In this document: positions 39,201 to 49,046 of the stretch, in pieces
How the letters are laid out: every line of letters begins with the position of its first letter
Numbering within the stretch: position 1 is the first letter of the stretch
From: a virus
Lineage: Duplodnaviria; Heunggongvirae; Uroviricota; Caudoviricetes
IMG/VR virus record: IMGVR_UViG_2881684137_000004
Span: 153,571-217,570 of that record
Length of the DNA: 64,000 nucleotides
Strand: one strand, 5' to 3'
Translations under genes and position numbers: made by a program
The notes under the pieces: generated by a model
What the model saw: only the letters and a program-made list of their open reading frames with translations
Told to the model about the DNA's origin: nothing
Databases searched by the model: none

Positions 39201-41794
39201 CAACTGGAAAAACCGCATCACATGTTGGGATCTATAAAGGTAAAGATAAGTTTGTCCACATGGGTTCAACAAGTAAACTTAGTGAGCAGAGTTTGAAAGA
39301 TAGTTACTGGGCTTCTAAATATGATGGTGCAAGACGTATTGATGGTGTGAATAGCGCGGCTCCTTATAAAGCGACTTCATCTTCAACAGCTACGACATCG
39401 AGTTCTAAAACTGAGACAGCTCAACCCACACAGGATCAGCTTGAAGCAGGTGCACGAGAAGCAGAACAGAATTATAGAGATATGATGGATCTGATTTATC
39501 AAAGACAGATCAACCTTATTGATAGCCTTGTTGAAACATCAAATCGTGAACTTAAAAAAATTGATACCAGCATCTCTAAAGATAGCTATAAGAAAACACT
39601 TGTTAAAGATACTTCCGAAGAATGGCGAAAACTGAATTTAAACGAATATGACTATTACACTCAAAAGCAAAAAGAACTAAGCAATCAGAATAACACCATT
39701 CGAAAACACATTGCCGAATTTGGAATCACATCTGGTGAATTTGATGATTTATTAGAGCAGAATAGTCAAGAGTGGCTGAAATATCAAGAGAAAAAGAATC
39801 AAAATTTGATCAGTAGCCTTGAAAGTATACGCAATGAGATATCAAATAAATATTCTTCTCAAAGAGCCACAACAGATCGAAGAATCTCCTTAATAGGCGA
39901 TGTCAATACAGAAGAAGATGCAAAAGCAATTGCAAAATATGGTGCGGCTACAGTTAAATCGCTTAAGAATGAACACAAGGATATTTATGCTCAAATTGTT
40001 AAACAGCGTAAAATCTTAAATGATCCTAAATCTTCAGGTTCAGAAAAAAATGCCGCTCGTTTTATTTTAGATGAATTAGAACTCGATGCCAATAACAAGA
40101 ACGTTGAAATGATCAACGCTGCAAGGAATTACGGCAAACAACAAGCAGAAGCATTTGTATTTGGATTTAATGATACGATTGAAGAACTAAACTTTCAAAT
40201 GTCTCTTTTAGGTGATTCTGAGGAAGATAAAAAAAGAGCAAAAGAACTAACCGAAGAGCTTCTTCAAGTGGCTATGGATTCATACAAAGCATTGCAACTC
40301 CAATTAATAGAGCTACAGAGGAAACTCGGGACAGAATTATCTAATGATGAACGTGCAGAAAAACAAGCCAAGTATGACGCAATGAAAGAAGATGCTAAAA
40401 AGTTTCAACTTCAAATCACCAAAATAAATAATGATGCATTCAATGATCGGGAACGCGAAGCTGACAATATTATTTCGAATTACAAAAGGATGCTTGAGCA
40501 AGAAAAGAAACTTCGTCAAGATTTTTTGAAAGAAGCTAAAAAGGACGAAGATGAACGCCACAAAGCGAAAATAAAAAACTTAGATGAAGAGTTAAATAAA
40601 TTCCAGGAGCAAATAAATGCCCAATTAAAATCATTAGATTCGGATATTTCAAAAGAAGATTATGAAGAAGGGCGAAATAAGCTCTTAAAAGAACGAGAAG
40701 AAATTCAGAAAAAAATTGATATTTTATCGCTTGATGATTCTTTCGAGGCAAAGGCAAAGAAAAAAGATTTGCAAACGCAATTGGATCAAAAAGATGAAGA
40801 TATCATCAAGTATCAACGTGATCGCGAACGAGTTCTTAGAAAAGAAGGGTTGCAAAAGCAGCTAGAAGATCGAACTAAAAGCATTGAGAATGAGAAAAAG
40901 CTTGAAAACGATTTTTACGAATCTAATATTAAGAATATTGATAAAGAATTGGAAATGTTAGATAAGTACTATGAACAGCGACTTACTGATGAGAAATTCT
41001 TTTATGACATGAAGAAAAATCTAATGTCAGAAGATACGCAAGTTGTTATCAATGAATTGAAAAAAATTGAAATGGAATACGCAAAATTCTTCGCAGAGAT
41101 CGAGCGAAACTCAAAGATATATGGTGATAAAATTGCAAGCAATCTCACTTATTCATTCGGTAAAGATCTTGACAATGCAAAGAATTTTAAGAACGGTGAG
41201 ATTGGTAATGGTTCTGGTGGAAATGCGGAAAATTCACCAAAACCAAGCGTTGCTGACACGATTGCTGCCTGGAACAAGTATCTTGAGAATAAAAAACAAG
41301 CAGAAGAACTTGCTAAGACAATTAAAAACACAACTTCTAAAGAATTGATCGACTTATCTCGGTCAAAGATCGCTGAGCTTAATACAGCAAATAACGAATA
41401 CAGAAGTAAACACAAGTTCAAAGATGGAGGCTATAATGAGCTGGTTAATTTACCTTATAATCAAATCTTCAGTGCGGAATCGGGTGGAATGACGCCTGCT
41501 TGGGGAAAAGAAGGCAAGCTCTTAATGGCACATGAAAAAGAGTTGATTTTAAATAAAACGGATACGAGTAAATTGCGTGATGCAATCCAAATTACACGAG
41601 ATATTTTCAATGGCTTGAAAAATTTTGATTTTTCGAATATTTTAGCTCGTCCTAGATCTGGAGATAGCTCTACTGGAACGGTTATTAATAAACTTGAAAT
41701 AAACGTGTCTGGTAATTTTGCTCAACGCAATGGTAATGATGTAGGTGTAAACATTATTGATGAAATGAAAAGAATGGGAGTAAAGTTCAGTTAA
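36284..41794 (+). CDS. Tape measure protein, exon 2, with internal NlpC/P60 peptidoglycan hydrolase domain
   Basis: NSLKTIYSRL..AGRYQLSRF.ALM; TM segments; coiled coils; DCSQLV..PGDLVFF..HVGIY..FVH near 39060-39270; spliced product about 2414 aa. Confidence 0.9.
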   Translation, partial: NSLKTIYSRLTTMDSAIGALDSVGVSVKESNGQMKSATTIIDELAGKWDGLSAAKQQNIAVDIAGRYQLSRFLALMGGYDLAISATEAALNSQGSAMRENAKYMESLEARIERMKTQWQELALTMGDAVLTNTLINLISVATELGNSLVTVIDKFGLFPPLLGTVAMAYVLFSAKARASILSVIGIITAKTSVLHSVTVATTIWGTSMGMSGVAVRALTVATVGLTMAVRGLMIVTGVGLAVAALGFIVEKLVNKFGNANKVIDETSMSIDKLNESASNLNGLKKLASEYEKFKDITDLTLEDKTKLATIENELASSYGITTTSLLENKDAYEVNNALIEESIKLKEKELALKYENEILSYKSDKSNIDQQIIDSKNRLKAFEDEKKALLELEKQGENLKRQDLNLTGDEMLKYQKKDRKMGLLVDVSWNPLEILAAKIKEANSKIDTELVKLDENLSKKSSSISAKLKTSATMLKNNGVEIKDASSILIDGFSAIAAINDIDFDNSTVLEKIVKELNSLDITSIEDVEAAFNKFGNAAGNNTDALEILKNAYLRYQVAIKSGSYDSGEDPADQFEQDAKAAKDAAKEYDNLVSDLKKLNQTLYDTRDGKSLTAEATQELIANFPELLDGIYKTTAGWGIEEIALNDLREAIIEKATQGSISEKNATAAALNEITKRTKMYGVEIEAINDVQSARDALVKFDEKISFYESQEPNTYGQKLMWEALANQVRTQKEALEGLVNDGALEDTTYKAFQSHLDKLNDIFNDKTFGVTESTKNSTKAKEKDNKETKETIRLLTEWQKKLLDVDNSLHKVYSDRTRFAKWSKEYQDSLKEEIRLLNEKKDIYKEATKDPTKLMEIEQTITKTTSTKTGTPSTNTNTNTNNTASTPALTALFDKAKELYGSFKYEQNGGKFVGTFEEFLKKAESDCSQLVQEFFKEFLNIDVPRVAADQFKQGMKVAKEELAPGDLVFFNTTGKTASHVGIYKGKDKFVHMGSTSKLSEQSLKDSYWASKYDGARRIDGVNSAAPYKATSSSTATTSSSKTETAQPTQDQLEAGAREAEQNYRDMMDLIYQRQINLIDSLVETSNRELKKIDTSISKDSYKKTLVKDTSEEWRKLNLNEYDYYTQKQKELSNQNNTIRKHIAEFGITSGEFDDLLEQNSQEWLKYQEKKNQNLISSLESIRNEISNKYSSQRATTDRRISLIGDVNTEEDAKAIAKYGAATVKSLKNEHKDIYAQIVKQRKILNDPKSSGSEKNAARFILDELELDANNKNVEMINAARNYGKQQAEAFVFGFNDTIEELNFQMSLLGDSEEDKKRAKELTEELLQVAMDSYKALQLQLIELQRKLGTELSNDERAEKQAKYDAMKEDAKKFQLQITKINNDAFNDREREADNIISNYKRMLEQEKKLRQDFLKEAKKDEDERHKAKIKNLDEELNKFQEQINAQLKSLDSDISKEDYEEGRNKLLKEREEIQKKIDILSLDDSFEAKAKKKDLQTQLDQKDEDIIKYQRDRERVLRKEGLQKQLEDRTKSIENEKKLENDFYESNIKNIDKELEMLDKYYEQRLTDEKFFYDMKKNLMSEDTQVVINELKKIEMEYAKFFAEIERNSKIYGDKIASNLTYSFGKDLDNAKNFKNGEIGNGSGGNAENSPKPSVADTIAAWNKYLENKKQAEELAKTIKNTTSKELIDLSRSKIAELNTANNEYRSKHKFKDGGYNELVNLPYNQIFSAESGGMTPAWGKEGKLLMAHEKELILNKTDTSKLRDAIQITRDIFNGLKNFDFSNILARPRSGDSSTGTVINKLEINVSGNFAQRNGNDVGVNIIDEMKRMGVKFS

Positions 41795-41828
41795 CAACTG
41801 TTCTTTACTCTCTTTTTGAGGTGAGAGA

Positions 41829-42422
41829 ATGGCGATTCATGAATCATTATACTTTGAGTATGATGGCATCAAAAGTATTGATTTTGGCATCATAAATGTC
41901 ACAGTTACTGATTCGAGTATGAAAGAAGAGAAATTAAGTAATCGAGAAATTAAGGAGGTATCTGTCAGAGGAAGAAACCGACCTTACTTTCAAGATATCA
42001 TTAGAAACCCTATATCTATTCAAGTTTCATTTGCTTTTGAGGAAACATGGGACAATGAAAAAATTCGAAAAGTGTGCAGGTGGCTAACTGAACAAGATTA
42101 CTATAAGCCACTTATCTTTTCCAGTGACAATGAACGAATATTCTATGCTCTGGTTGTCAATGAACCTGTATTAATTCACAACTGTTTAAAGCAAGGGTAT
42201 TTAAATTTAGAGTTTCGCTGCTCAGATTCCTATACTTATTCTCCTGTTTACACTCGTACAACAAGTTGGGATGAGAGTAGTTCTATGGTAAAAGTCGATA
42301 CCTTTTCATCTGGACAGTATCATCAGACTGAGATCGATTCTGAAGGAAATTTAACTGTTACTGCAATTCCAAAAATATGGCGTGATTTCCCACCTAATGT
42401 GAGATGGGCAGATTTAATGTAA
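41829..42422 (+). CDS. Distal tail protein (Dit, YomH-like), N-terminal half
   Basis: YFEYDG.KS.DFGI..GR..PYF..RWL..YKPL.FS..GY..L.F.C.D.Y.YS. Confidence 0.75.
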   Translation: MAIHESLYFEYDGIKSIDFGIINVTVTDSSMKEEKLSNREIKEVSVRGRNRPYFQDIIRNPISIQVSFAFEETWDNEKIRKVCRWLTEQDYYKPLIFSSDNERIFYALVVNEPVLIHNCLKQGYLNLEFRCSDSYTYSPVYTRTTSWDESSSMVKVDTFSSGQYHQTEIDSEGNLTVTAIPKIWRDFPPNVRWADLM

Positions 42423-42435
42423 ATGAGGTGAAATA

Positions 42436-43071
42436 ATGAGTTCGCAAACAGAAAATCTAAAACTAATAAAACCAGAAGTAAATGATGAGATGGCTCAGAC
42501 GATATCAGATCTTGCAACTAATTTTGAATTGATCGATCAATATTCTGATGTTAGTTTAGATGATTACCCGAAAACGGGAACTTGGGATAAGAATAAAAAA
42601 GTATGGAATAAAAATATCAAAATTGGTGAATACGTTGGGTGGGTCAATTTAAGGGAAGGTGTCGCTGCTCAGGAGTGGGAAGTTTTGCACCACTACACAA
42701 TTGGTGAATTAATTCATGCCCCAGGGAATAATGGACATTATTATAAATGTATCCAAACAGGATACAGTGGGGTAAAGACACCTCTTTTCCCTGTGGCATC
42801 GACAGCAACAGTAAATGACACAAGGGGAGCCAGTACATGGTTACCTACAAAGTTTTATGATTTATTTGACATCGTGCTACCCTCTATCGACAATGGGAGA
42901 TTTTATGTTTGTTCAGTTGCTGGTGTTTCAGATACATCTGAACCGAACTGGGCAACACCTAGTCTGTCCACAACGAGAGACAGTTCCATTACTTGGACTG
43001 CATATCGAATTACTCGCTGGGAAGAACAAGGGGTATCTACACTATTTCGTCCTTTTGGAAAAATAGAATGA
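42436..43071 (+). CDS. Baseplate accessory protein with two carbohydrate-binding-like repeats
   Basis: T.NL.L.KP N-terminus; two W....Y..G....NG..Y.C..G.S....P.W units. Confidence 0.6.
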   Translation: MSSQTENLKLIKPEVNDEMAQTISDLATNFELIDQYSDVSLDDYPKTGTWDKNKKVWNKNIKIGEYVGWVNLREGVAAQEWEVLHHYTIGELIHAPGNNGHYYKCIQTGYSGVKTPLFPVASTATVNDTRGASTWLPTKFYDLFDIVLPSIDNGRFYVCSVAGVSDTSEPNWATPSLSTTRDSSITWTAYRITRWEEQGVSTLFRPFGKIE

Positions 43072-43082
43072 GGGGATAAACT

Positions 43083-43721
43083 ATGCCAACATGGAAATTG
43101 TTATCGGGTATATCAGGGTATTATGTTTCAGAGCCTGTGGAGGTTTCTCTTGATAGTGACGGCGCCCTCACTCGAATATCGTGGGATTGCGAAGAGCCTC
43201 TGGAAACATCTATACAAGTACAAACGAGCCTTTCGAGGAATGGGGGTTACGATTGGACTGACTGGAAGACTTGTGTCAATAACAATTCGCTTCCAGACAC
43301 TTATGAAGAACAATCCATTAACTTCTTATTAAGATTTAGAGTGTTTATTAACCGAAATGATTATCTTACGCGACCCGTATTAAAGAGTATTGAGGTCTTA
43401 TTTGATCCAATTTTAATCATCGACAATCGTGGTGATACAAAACTTCAACCTGAGATATGGATTACAAAGGAAGGTCATGGGGATTTTAAAATGATCAATA
43501 CGTCATTTGGCAACGAAGAGTTCTCTTTTGTTGGTCTGTCTAACAATGAAACAGTCTACGTGAACAACGAACGTGAATTCATTGAGACCGATCTTGCATT
43601 AACATATCGGTATAACAGCTTTAATGACAAATATCTCAATCTCCCTCCAGGGAAAAATATATTTCGAATAAACGGGAATGCCAAAATAAGACTTCGTTAT
43701 CAATACAAAACCGTTCAATAA
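43083..43721 (+). CDS. Distal tail protein (Dit, YomH-like), C-terminal half
   Basis: N.GD..PEI.I.K.G.GD..N..F.F..L..E.V.VN..E.IE..RY..FND.Y..L..GKN..I.G. Confidence 0.72.
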   Translation: MPTWKLLSGISGYYVSEPVEVSLDSDGALTRISWDCEEPLETSIQVQTSLSRNGGYDWTDWKTCVNNNSLPDTYEEQSINFLLRFRVFINRNDYLTRPVLKSIEVLFDPILIIDNRGDTKLQPEIWITKEGHGDFKMINTSFGNEEFSFVGLSNNETVYVNNEREFIETDLALTYRYNSFNDKYLNLPPGKNIFRINGNAKIRLRYQYKTVQ

Positions 43722-43743
43722 TCTTTTCAAAGGAGGTGTTAAT

Positions 43744-46700
43744 CTGTTAGGTGAAATTGATCCATTTAAAAAAATGAGTAAGCCACAAGTATTTTTATCG
43801 CGTCCGAATCGAACGATTGTTAGCAAAATAAAAGAAAAATACACGCCTAGAAAAAATGTTAAATTGGACGCAGTAAATGAGTTAACTTTTAAAATCCCAA
43901 TTGAAATTGACATCAATCACATTTTAGAAAAAAACCATAATTTAGAGTTAGTAAGAGAGAAATACCTGATTCTGTTGAAAGAAGGATTACATTCTGAGTG
44001 GTATGTCATCATCCAAATCAATGATATTGTTACTGATTCTGAAAGCTACAAAGAAATAAAAGCAATGTCTCTCGCCTATGAGTTGAAATCAAAAACAATT
44101 AAAGGCTACTTGGCTGAATCTAAAGGGGCAAACTATGTTCTCAATGAAATTCTAGCAGGGACTACGTGGAGTGTGGGTTCTCTCGATGCCGACTTTGAGT
44201 TATCCAAACGGACTTTTGAGTTTAACGATGGCACTCTCTTAAATGCCTTATATCAAGTGGCTCAAACTTATAATGCCATTGTTACGTGGGATACGGTTAA
44301 CAAAGAAGTCAATCTAATTAAGCCAGAACTCCATGGGACAGATCGGGGATTAAGAATATCTCCAGCACAATATTTAAAAACGCTTGAAAAAGAATCTGAT
44401 TCAGATGAACTAATAACTCGACTCAATCCTTATGGTAAAGATGGTTTAACCATTCACGAAGTCACTGAGACAGGACAGGGGTATTTAGAGGATTTTAGTT
44501 ATTACTTGTATCCATTTAATAGAGATGAAAATAAGAATGTAATTGAACAAAGCAACTATATGACAGATAGTCTATGTCACGCTATTTTAGACTATAAAGA
44601 TAAAATTGCTGCTGTGGGTGTTCAGTTTAAAGAATTAAGAGATCGCAGACTCTCAATCAATACGCTTATTAGGAAAAAAGAGTCTGATTTAATTGATTTG
44701 TTACGTGATGAAAAAGTTATAAATGACATTATGAGAAGTCAGCAGTTTCATGAACCACCACTGATGCAATTTGAGAAATATAATTTCTCAGGCTCGGCAC
44801 GAAGTCATGAATTCAAACTGCTTAATTTTTTTCCATATGCTGCTTTTATAAAAACTTCGTCAGCCAATTTAATGGTCAAATTAAATGGAGTAATATGTCC
44901 TATCCCAACAAGTAATAAATGGATTATGCTTGGGAAAGTGAAAAATACAATCCAAATGACCATTGAAGTGACCAGTGCAAGTCCAGGGACAGAAATCTAT
45001 ATTCAGACGGCTTGTATTAGCGAAGACGAATACACATCACCGAATAATGGTGAATCGCTAGTTGACATTTACAATTTAGATCATAAAAAAATGCAGATCA
45101 GCGCACTACAAAGTGAATTAAGCATTGAAAACAACAACAGAAATACGATTCTTAATGAAATTAAAGCAATTCAATTATCACTTTCTGACTCAAGTAATTT
45201 TTCAGAAGAACAGTTAAATGAACTCGCACCTTTTATTAACAATGGGGATTATAAGGATGAGAAGTTTATTGAAGCTGAAGACTTATTAAAAGCATCCTAT
45301 GAGAAATTTGATGAGTATAAGACACCACAGATATCATTAAAAATCGACATCGTAAATTTCTTGGACATCTTAGAAGAACAGGAGAATTGGAACAAGTTAT
45401 ATCTTGGCGATTATATTCAAGTGAAATATGATAAATTAGATATTTTCCTGTCTGCTAAAATTATTGAAATTGAGTATGACTATGACGAATCAAATATTAC
45501 ACTAACGATAGCGAACGTGAAAGAACTCAACGACAATTCAAAAAAGCTGAAAGATTACTTACAAAAGGGTAGCAATGCAGCCACAATTGTAGATTCAAAT
45601 AAGAAAAAATGGACTGAAGCTGTTGTTGATAGCTCAGAAATGAGCAGGCTCTTTGATCATTTTTGGGATAAGTACACCAATAAGATCAACATGGCCATTA
45701 ATCAAACCGTTATTATTGATGATAAAGGGATAACGGTTATTGATCCAGCTGATCCCAATCGTTTCTTACGTATGACAAATGGTGTTATCGGTTTAACTCG
45801 TAGTGGTGGATTGAAGTATGAGACTGCCATATCCGCAGATGGAATTATTGCGGAAATGGTATTGGGGAAACTTATCCTTGGACAACGAGTTACAATTGGT
45901 GATGAAAATGGCATATGGATGACTGAGGGGCCACAAACAACCATCACTGACCGCTGTGGAAGAGAAGCAATGAAACTTGGACTACTTGAAACCGATCCTG
46001 ATTTATACGGGTTGAGGATTAACCGTTATGATTCGAGTGATGCTTGTTCAGATACCATAGTAAATAAAATTCGTCTCACTTCAGAAGATGGGTTTGTTAT
46101 CGAAAAGAAAAAAGAAATTGGATATGAAAATGTTGCATGGCTAGATAATAATGGTTTGTTAAATGTGAAAAAAATGCAGATTGATTATATGGACGGTCTG
46201 TTATCAAACGGAATAGAAATCGATAGCATTAACGGAATCGTTATTACTCGTTCAGATAAAATTGTTCGTGCGAAATTTAATGCGATTGATGGTCTAGTTT
46301 TTGAGCGTTTTGAAAACAATCAATGGCGTAAGAAATTCTATTTTGAACCCAATGGTCGCTTCTACGCAGAAGATTTATACACAAAGAGATTGACTGTTGT
46401 AAACGATATGGATGATGTGCTTATTGATGCAAGAACGGATTACTTAAACATTGGTCGTTTCGAAACAATCATTGCTGATGGTAAGTTGACAGCTATTGAG
46501 AAGCTGACGCTCAAGCAGGAGTGGGAAACTATCCAAACAGAGTATCAAAAACTGATTCAGCAAGCGAATTTATACAAAACTTCAGTGCGAGACAATCATC
46601 AAACGACATTGGTTAATATTCCACCATTGACCAATGCTTACAATCAATTATATTCCTATGTCGTGCCACTATTGGCAGATATGAGCGCAACAACTGCGAT

Positions 46701-47850
46701 TGACAGAGATGAATTCAAAACTAAATTTCAGTCTTATTATGACCAAGTACAGCGCGTGATTAATGAAATCACAGATGCATTAAAGTGGAGTAGCTTGCAA
46801 CTTGGTCAAGATTATAATAAGGTAGTCATCGATGCGAAAGAAGGTATTGTCGTAACAAGAGGAGACAATGTTGTTAAAACAGTACTAAATGCGACAAAAG
46901 GCATCTCAATAGAAAGAAACAGTGTTCCAAAGTTTTATGTGGATACCAATGGTATTTTACATGCTGAAGATTTAATAGCGAAACGATTACGTATCACCAC
47001 TGATCCGTTTGGTGGTGGAACAGATGATGATATCTTAATTGATGCAGAGCAGAGATTGATTGATTTTAGTAAATTCAACTTGATCGTTGGAAAGCTAGGT
47101 GCGGATAATATTTCATCCGACATTATCACAGCATCACAAGGATTTATCAGCTCACTTACAGCAAATAAATTAATGACTATAGGTAAGTCCGCTGAAAACA
47201 CCTGGTCAAACTATATTCATATTGAAGACAATAGAGCCATGTGGACAACAGGTAAGGCTATCACTGGTTCTGGAGTGCATGAGACAAATTCAATGGGTGA
47301 ACCATATTATTGGAAGGACGCTAATAGAAGTGGATTAACGACTGAAGTTACTGCTTTTCCAGTAATGAAATATGAGTATGATGCTAAGGTGAAATTACTA
47401 ATGGATTTTAAAGGAATTGGCGATGCAGCTTACCCGCGGCAAATATTTGGATTAGGTGATGGTATCATTAAAGATCCATCCATTGACGATGGTTTGGGGA
47501 ACTTTAAAAGTGGTAGAGGATTTATTGAGAAACCAGCAGGGAGCTTTGACTTTGTTTATTATAATCAAAGTTTTGGACGTGAACGAAGCATGAGGTTTTT
47601 GGATGATGGAATTGATGTTTTTTGTGAAAATGCTAGAATTTCTATCGATTCAAAAGATTTTTATTCAAATGTCAGTGGAGAGTTACGATTAGCTCATGAT
47701 AGCGGTTCTAACATTGAAATTTCATCAACAGGAACAATTACTATCGAACATAAGAATGGAGCCAAGATTTCATTTCCTGCGAGTGGAAATATCAATATTG
47801 AAACCACTGGAGAAATTAATTTCAAAGGAAGTAAATATAATTTCCAATAA
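43744..47850 (+). CDS. Tail spike/Tal-like baseplate hub protein (YomG-like) with C-terminal gp5-like beta repeats; likely CTG start
   Basis: AAAGGAGGTG 5 nt before CTG 43744 (MLGEIDP..); TRL.PYGKDGL, LGD.I, TAISADGIIAE..G..I.G; C-terminal repeating short beta strands. Confidence 0.8.
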   Translation: MLGEIDPFKKMSKPQVFLSRPNRTIVSKIKEKYTPRKNVKLDAVNELTFKIPIEIDINHILEKNHNLELVREKYLILLKEGLHSEWYVIIQINDIVTDSESYKEIKAMSLAYELKSKTIKGYLAESKGANYVLNEILAGTTWSVGSLDADFELSKRTFEFNDGTLLNALYQVAQTYNAIVTWDTVNKEVNLIKPELHGTDRGLRISPAQYLKTLEKESDSDELITRLNPYGKDGLTIHEVTETGQGYLEDFSYYLYPFNRDENKNVIEQSNYMTDSLCHAILDYKDKIAAVGVQFKELRDRRLSINTLIRKKESDLIDLLRDEKVINDIMRSQQFHEPPLMQFEKYNFSGSARSHEFKLLNFFPYAAFIKTSSANLMVKLNGVICPIPTSNKWIMLGKVKNTIQMTIEVTSASPGTEIYIQTACISEDEYTSPNNGESLVDIYNLDHKKMQISALQSELSIENNNRNTILNEIKAIQLSLSDSSNFSEEQLNELAPFINNGDYKDEKFIEAEDLLKASYEKFDEYKTPQISLKIDIVNFLDILEEQENWNKLYLGDYIQVKYDKLDIFLSAKIIEIEYDYDESNITLTIANVKELNDNSKKLKDYLQKGSNAATIVDSNKKKWTEAVVDSSEMSRLFDHFWDKYTNKINMAINQTVIIDDKGITVIDPADPNRFLRMTNGVIGLTRSGGLKYETAISADGIIAEMVLGKLILGQRVTIGDENGIWMTEGPQTTITDRCGREAMKLGLLETDPDLYGLRINRYDSSDACSDTIVNKIRLTSEDGFVIEKKKEIGYENVAWLDNNGLLNVKKMQIDYMDGLLSNGIEIDSINGIVITRSDKIVRAKFNAIDGLVFERFENNQWRKKFYFEPNGRFYAEDLYTKRLTVVNDMDDVLIDARTDYLNIGRFETIIADGKLTAIEKLTLKQEWETIQTEYQKLIQQANLYKTSVRDNHQTTLVNIPPLTNAYNQLYSYVVPLLADMSATTAIDRDEFKTKFQSYYDQVQRVINEITDALKWSSLQLGQDYNKVVIDAKEGIVVTRGDNVVKTVLNATKGISIERNSVPKFYVDTNGILHAEDLIAKRLRITTDPFGGGTDDDILIDAEQRLIDFSKFNLIVGKLGADNISSDIITASQGFISSLTANKLMTIGKSAENTWSNYIHIEDNRAMWTTGKAITGSGVHETNSMGEPYYWKDANRSGLTTEVTAFPVMKYEYDAKVKLLMDFKGIGDAAYPRQIFGLGDGIIKDPSIDDGLGNFKSGRGFIEKPAGSFDFVYYNQSFGRERSMRFLDDGIDVFCENARISIDSKDFYSNVSGELRLAHDSGSNIEISSTGTITIEHKNGAKISFPASGNINIETTGEINFKGSKYNFQ

Positions 47851-47915
47851 GGTTACTTTTTAGTTGTTCCTATCCGATATAGTAATTGTATAGATTATTA
47901 TAAGGAGGATAAAAA

Positions 47916-48626
47916 ATGAAACGAAAATTACCAATGTTTGTCGCAGGTACATTATTCGGACTGGCTATTTCAGTAGGATCTATTGCTGTTGCTGCTAATG
48001 CTGAGCTGGTAGCTAAAGTGTTTAACAGGAAAATTGTTGTAGATGGGAAAGAATTAAAATTAGAGGATAAACCTTTGATTATTAACAACAAGACCTATTT
48101 ACCAGTTCGAAATATTGCAGAGGGATTAGGATACAATGTAACTCTCAATGAAAAGCAAATTGAATTAAAAACCAAAACAGTTGTTAACAACACAACCACG
48201 AATAACGATCAGAGTAAAGTATCGAATGACAAAGGAGAGTATGTAAAAGATTTGAATAATATTATCAAACACGAAGATAAGCTCGATGTCAATCGAATCA
48301 AATCAGCTATTGCGGCTAATGAATTCAGCATTAACGTTCAGGACAAAGAAACAGGTTACTCTCTTATGCACTATGTTGTTCTGGAAAATGATTTCACTTT
48401 ATATTCATACTTAAAAGCCAACAAAGCTAATTTTGAGCTTCAGGATAACGAGGGGAGAACACCTCTGCATATCTCCGTTATCGAAAAGAACAACTTGTAC
48501 TTTGGCGAATTAACTAATGAATTTAGAGTGAAAACAAAAACAAAAGACAATTACGGTAAAACTGCATCAGATTATGCAGAACAGAATTCAACATTCTTTA
48601 GAGCATTGAAAAACTATAAAGAATAA
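47916..48626 (+). CDS. Secreted copper-amine-oxidase-N (stalk) domain plus ankyrin-repeat protein (moron)
   Basis: Signal peptide; PLIINNKTYLPVRNIAEGLG; G.S.MH, GRTPLH, GKTA.DYA; own terminator 48644-48674. Confidence 0.8.
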   Translation: MKRKLPMFVAGTLFGLAISVGSIAVAANAELVAKVFNRKIVVDGKELKLEDKPLIINNKTYLPVRNIAEGLGYNVTLNEKQIELKTKTVVNNTTTNNDQSKVSNDKGEYVKDLNNIIKHEDKLDVNRIKSAIAANEFSINVQDKETGYSLMHYVVLENDFTLYSYLKANKANFELQDNEGRTPLHISVIEKNNLYFGELTNEFRVKTKTKDNYGKTASDYAEQNSTFFRALKNYKE

Positions 48627-48714
48627 TTAAACCTAAACACTCAAAGACCTTATCTAATTTAGATGAGGTTTTTCTATGTTCAAGAGGAATAATACTACAG
48701 GGAAGGTGGAAAAA

Positions 48715-48954
48715 ATGGCGAGTGCAGTTAAACCTATACAACATATGAGAGTTGAGTTTGAAGACGATCAGAAGGAAAAAGAGTTTCTCCAGTATGCTTT
48801 CGGTGAACAAAGAGCTGATAAAAGAACGCAAGAAATTACCAATATGATTAAATATTATAAGAGAGCAAAAGAAAAACAAAATATCCCTGTTAAATTTTCT
48901 TCGATGAGCAAACAAGATAAAGAAGAAAGCATAGATGCAATGAAGAATGAATGA
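48715..48954 (+). CDS. Small hypothetical protein
   Basis: GGAAGGTGG RBS before ATG 48715; followed by terminator 48996-49026. Confidence 0.6.
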   Translation: MASAVKPIQHMRVEFEDDQKEKEFLQYAFGEQRADKRTQEITNMIKYYKRAKEKQNIPVKFSSMSKQDKEESIDAMKNE

Positions 48955-48995
48955 ATTTAAAGGAAATAAGTTTTCTGAATATGAATTATTCGATT

Positions 48996-49026
48996 AGATG
49001 CCATTTAAGAAGTGGCATCTTTTTTT
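48996..49026 (+). terminator. Intrinsic terminator
   Basis: AGATGCCATTT/AAGTGGCATCT followed by TTTTTT. Confidence 0.75.
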
Positions 49027-49046
49027 AATGGAAGGAGGTGTTCTTT

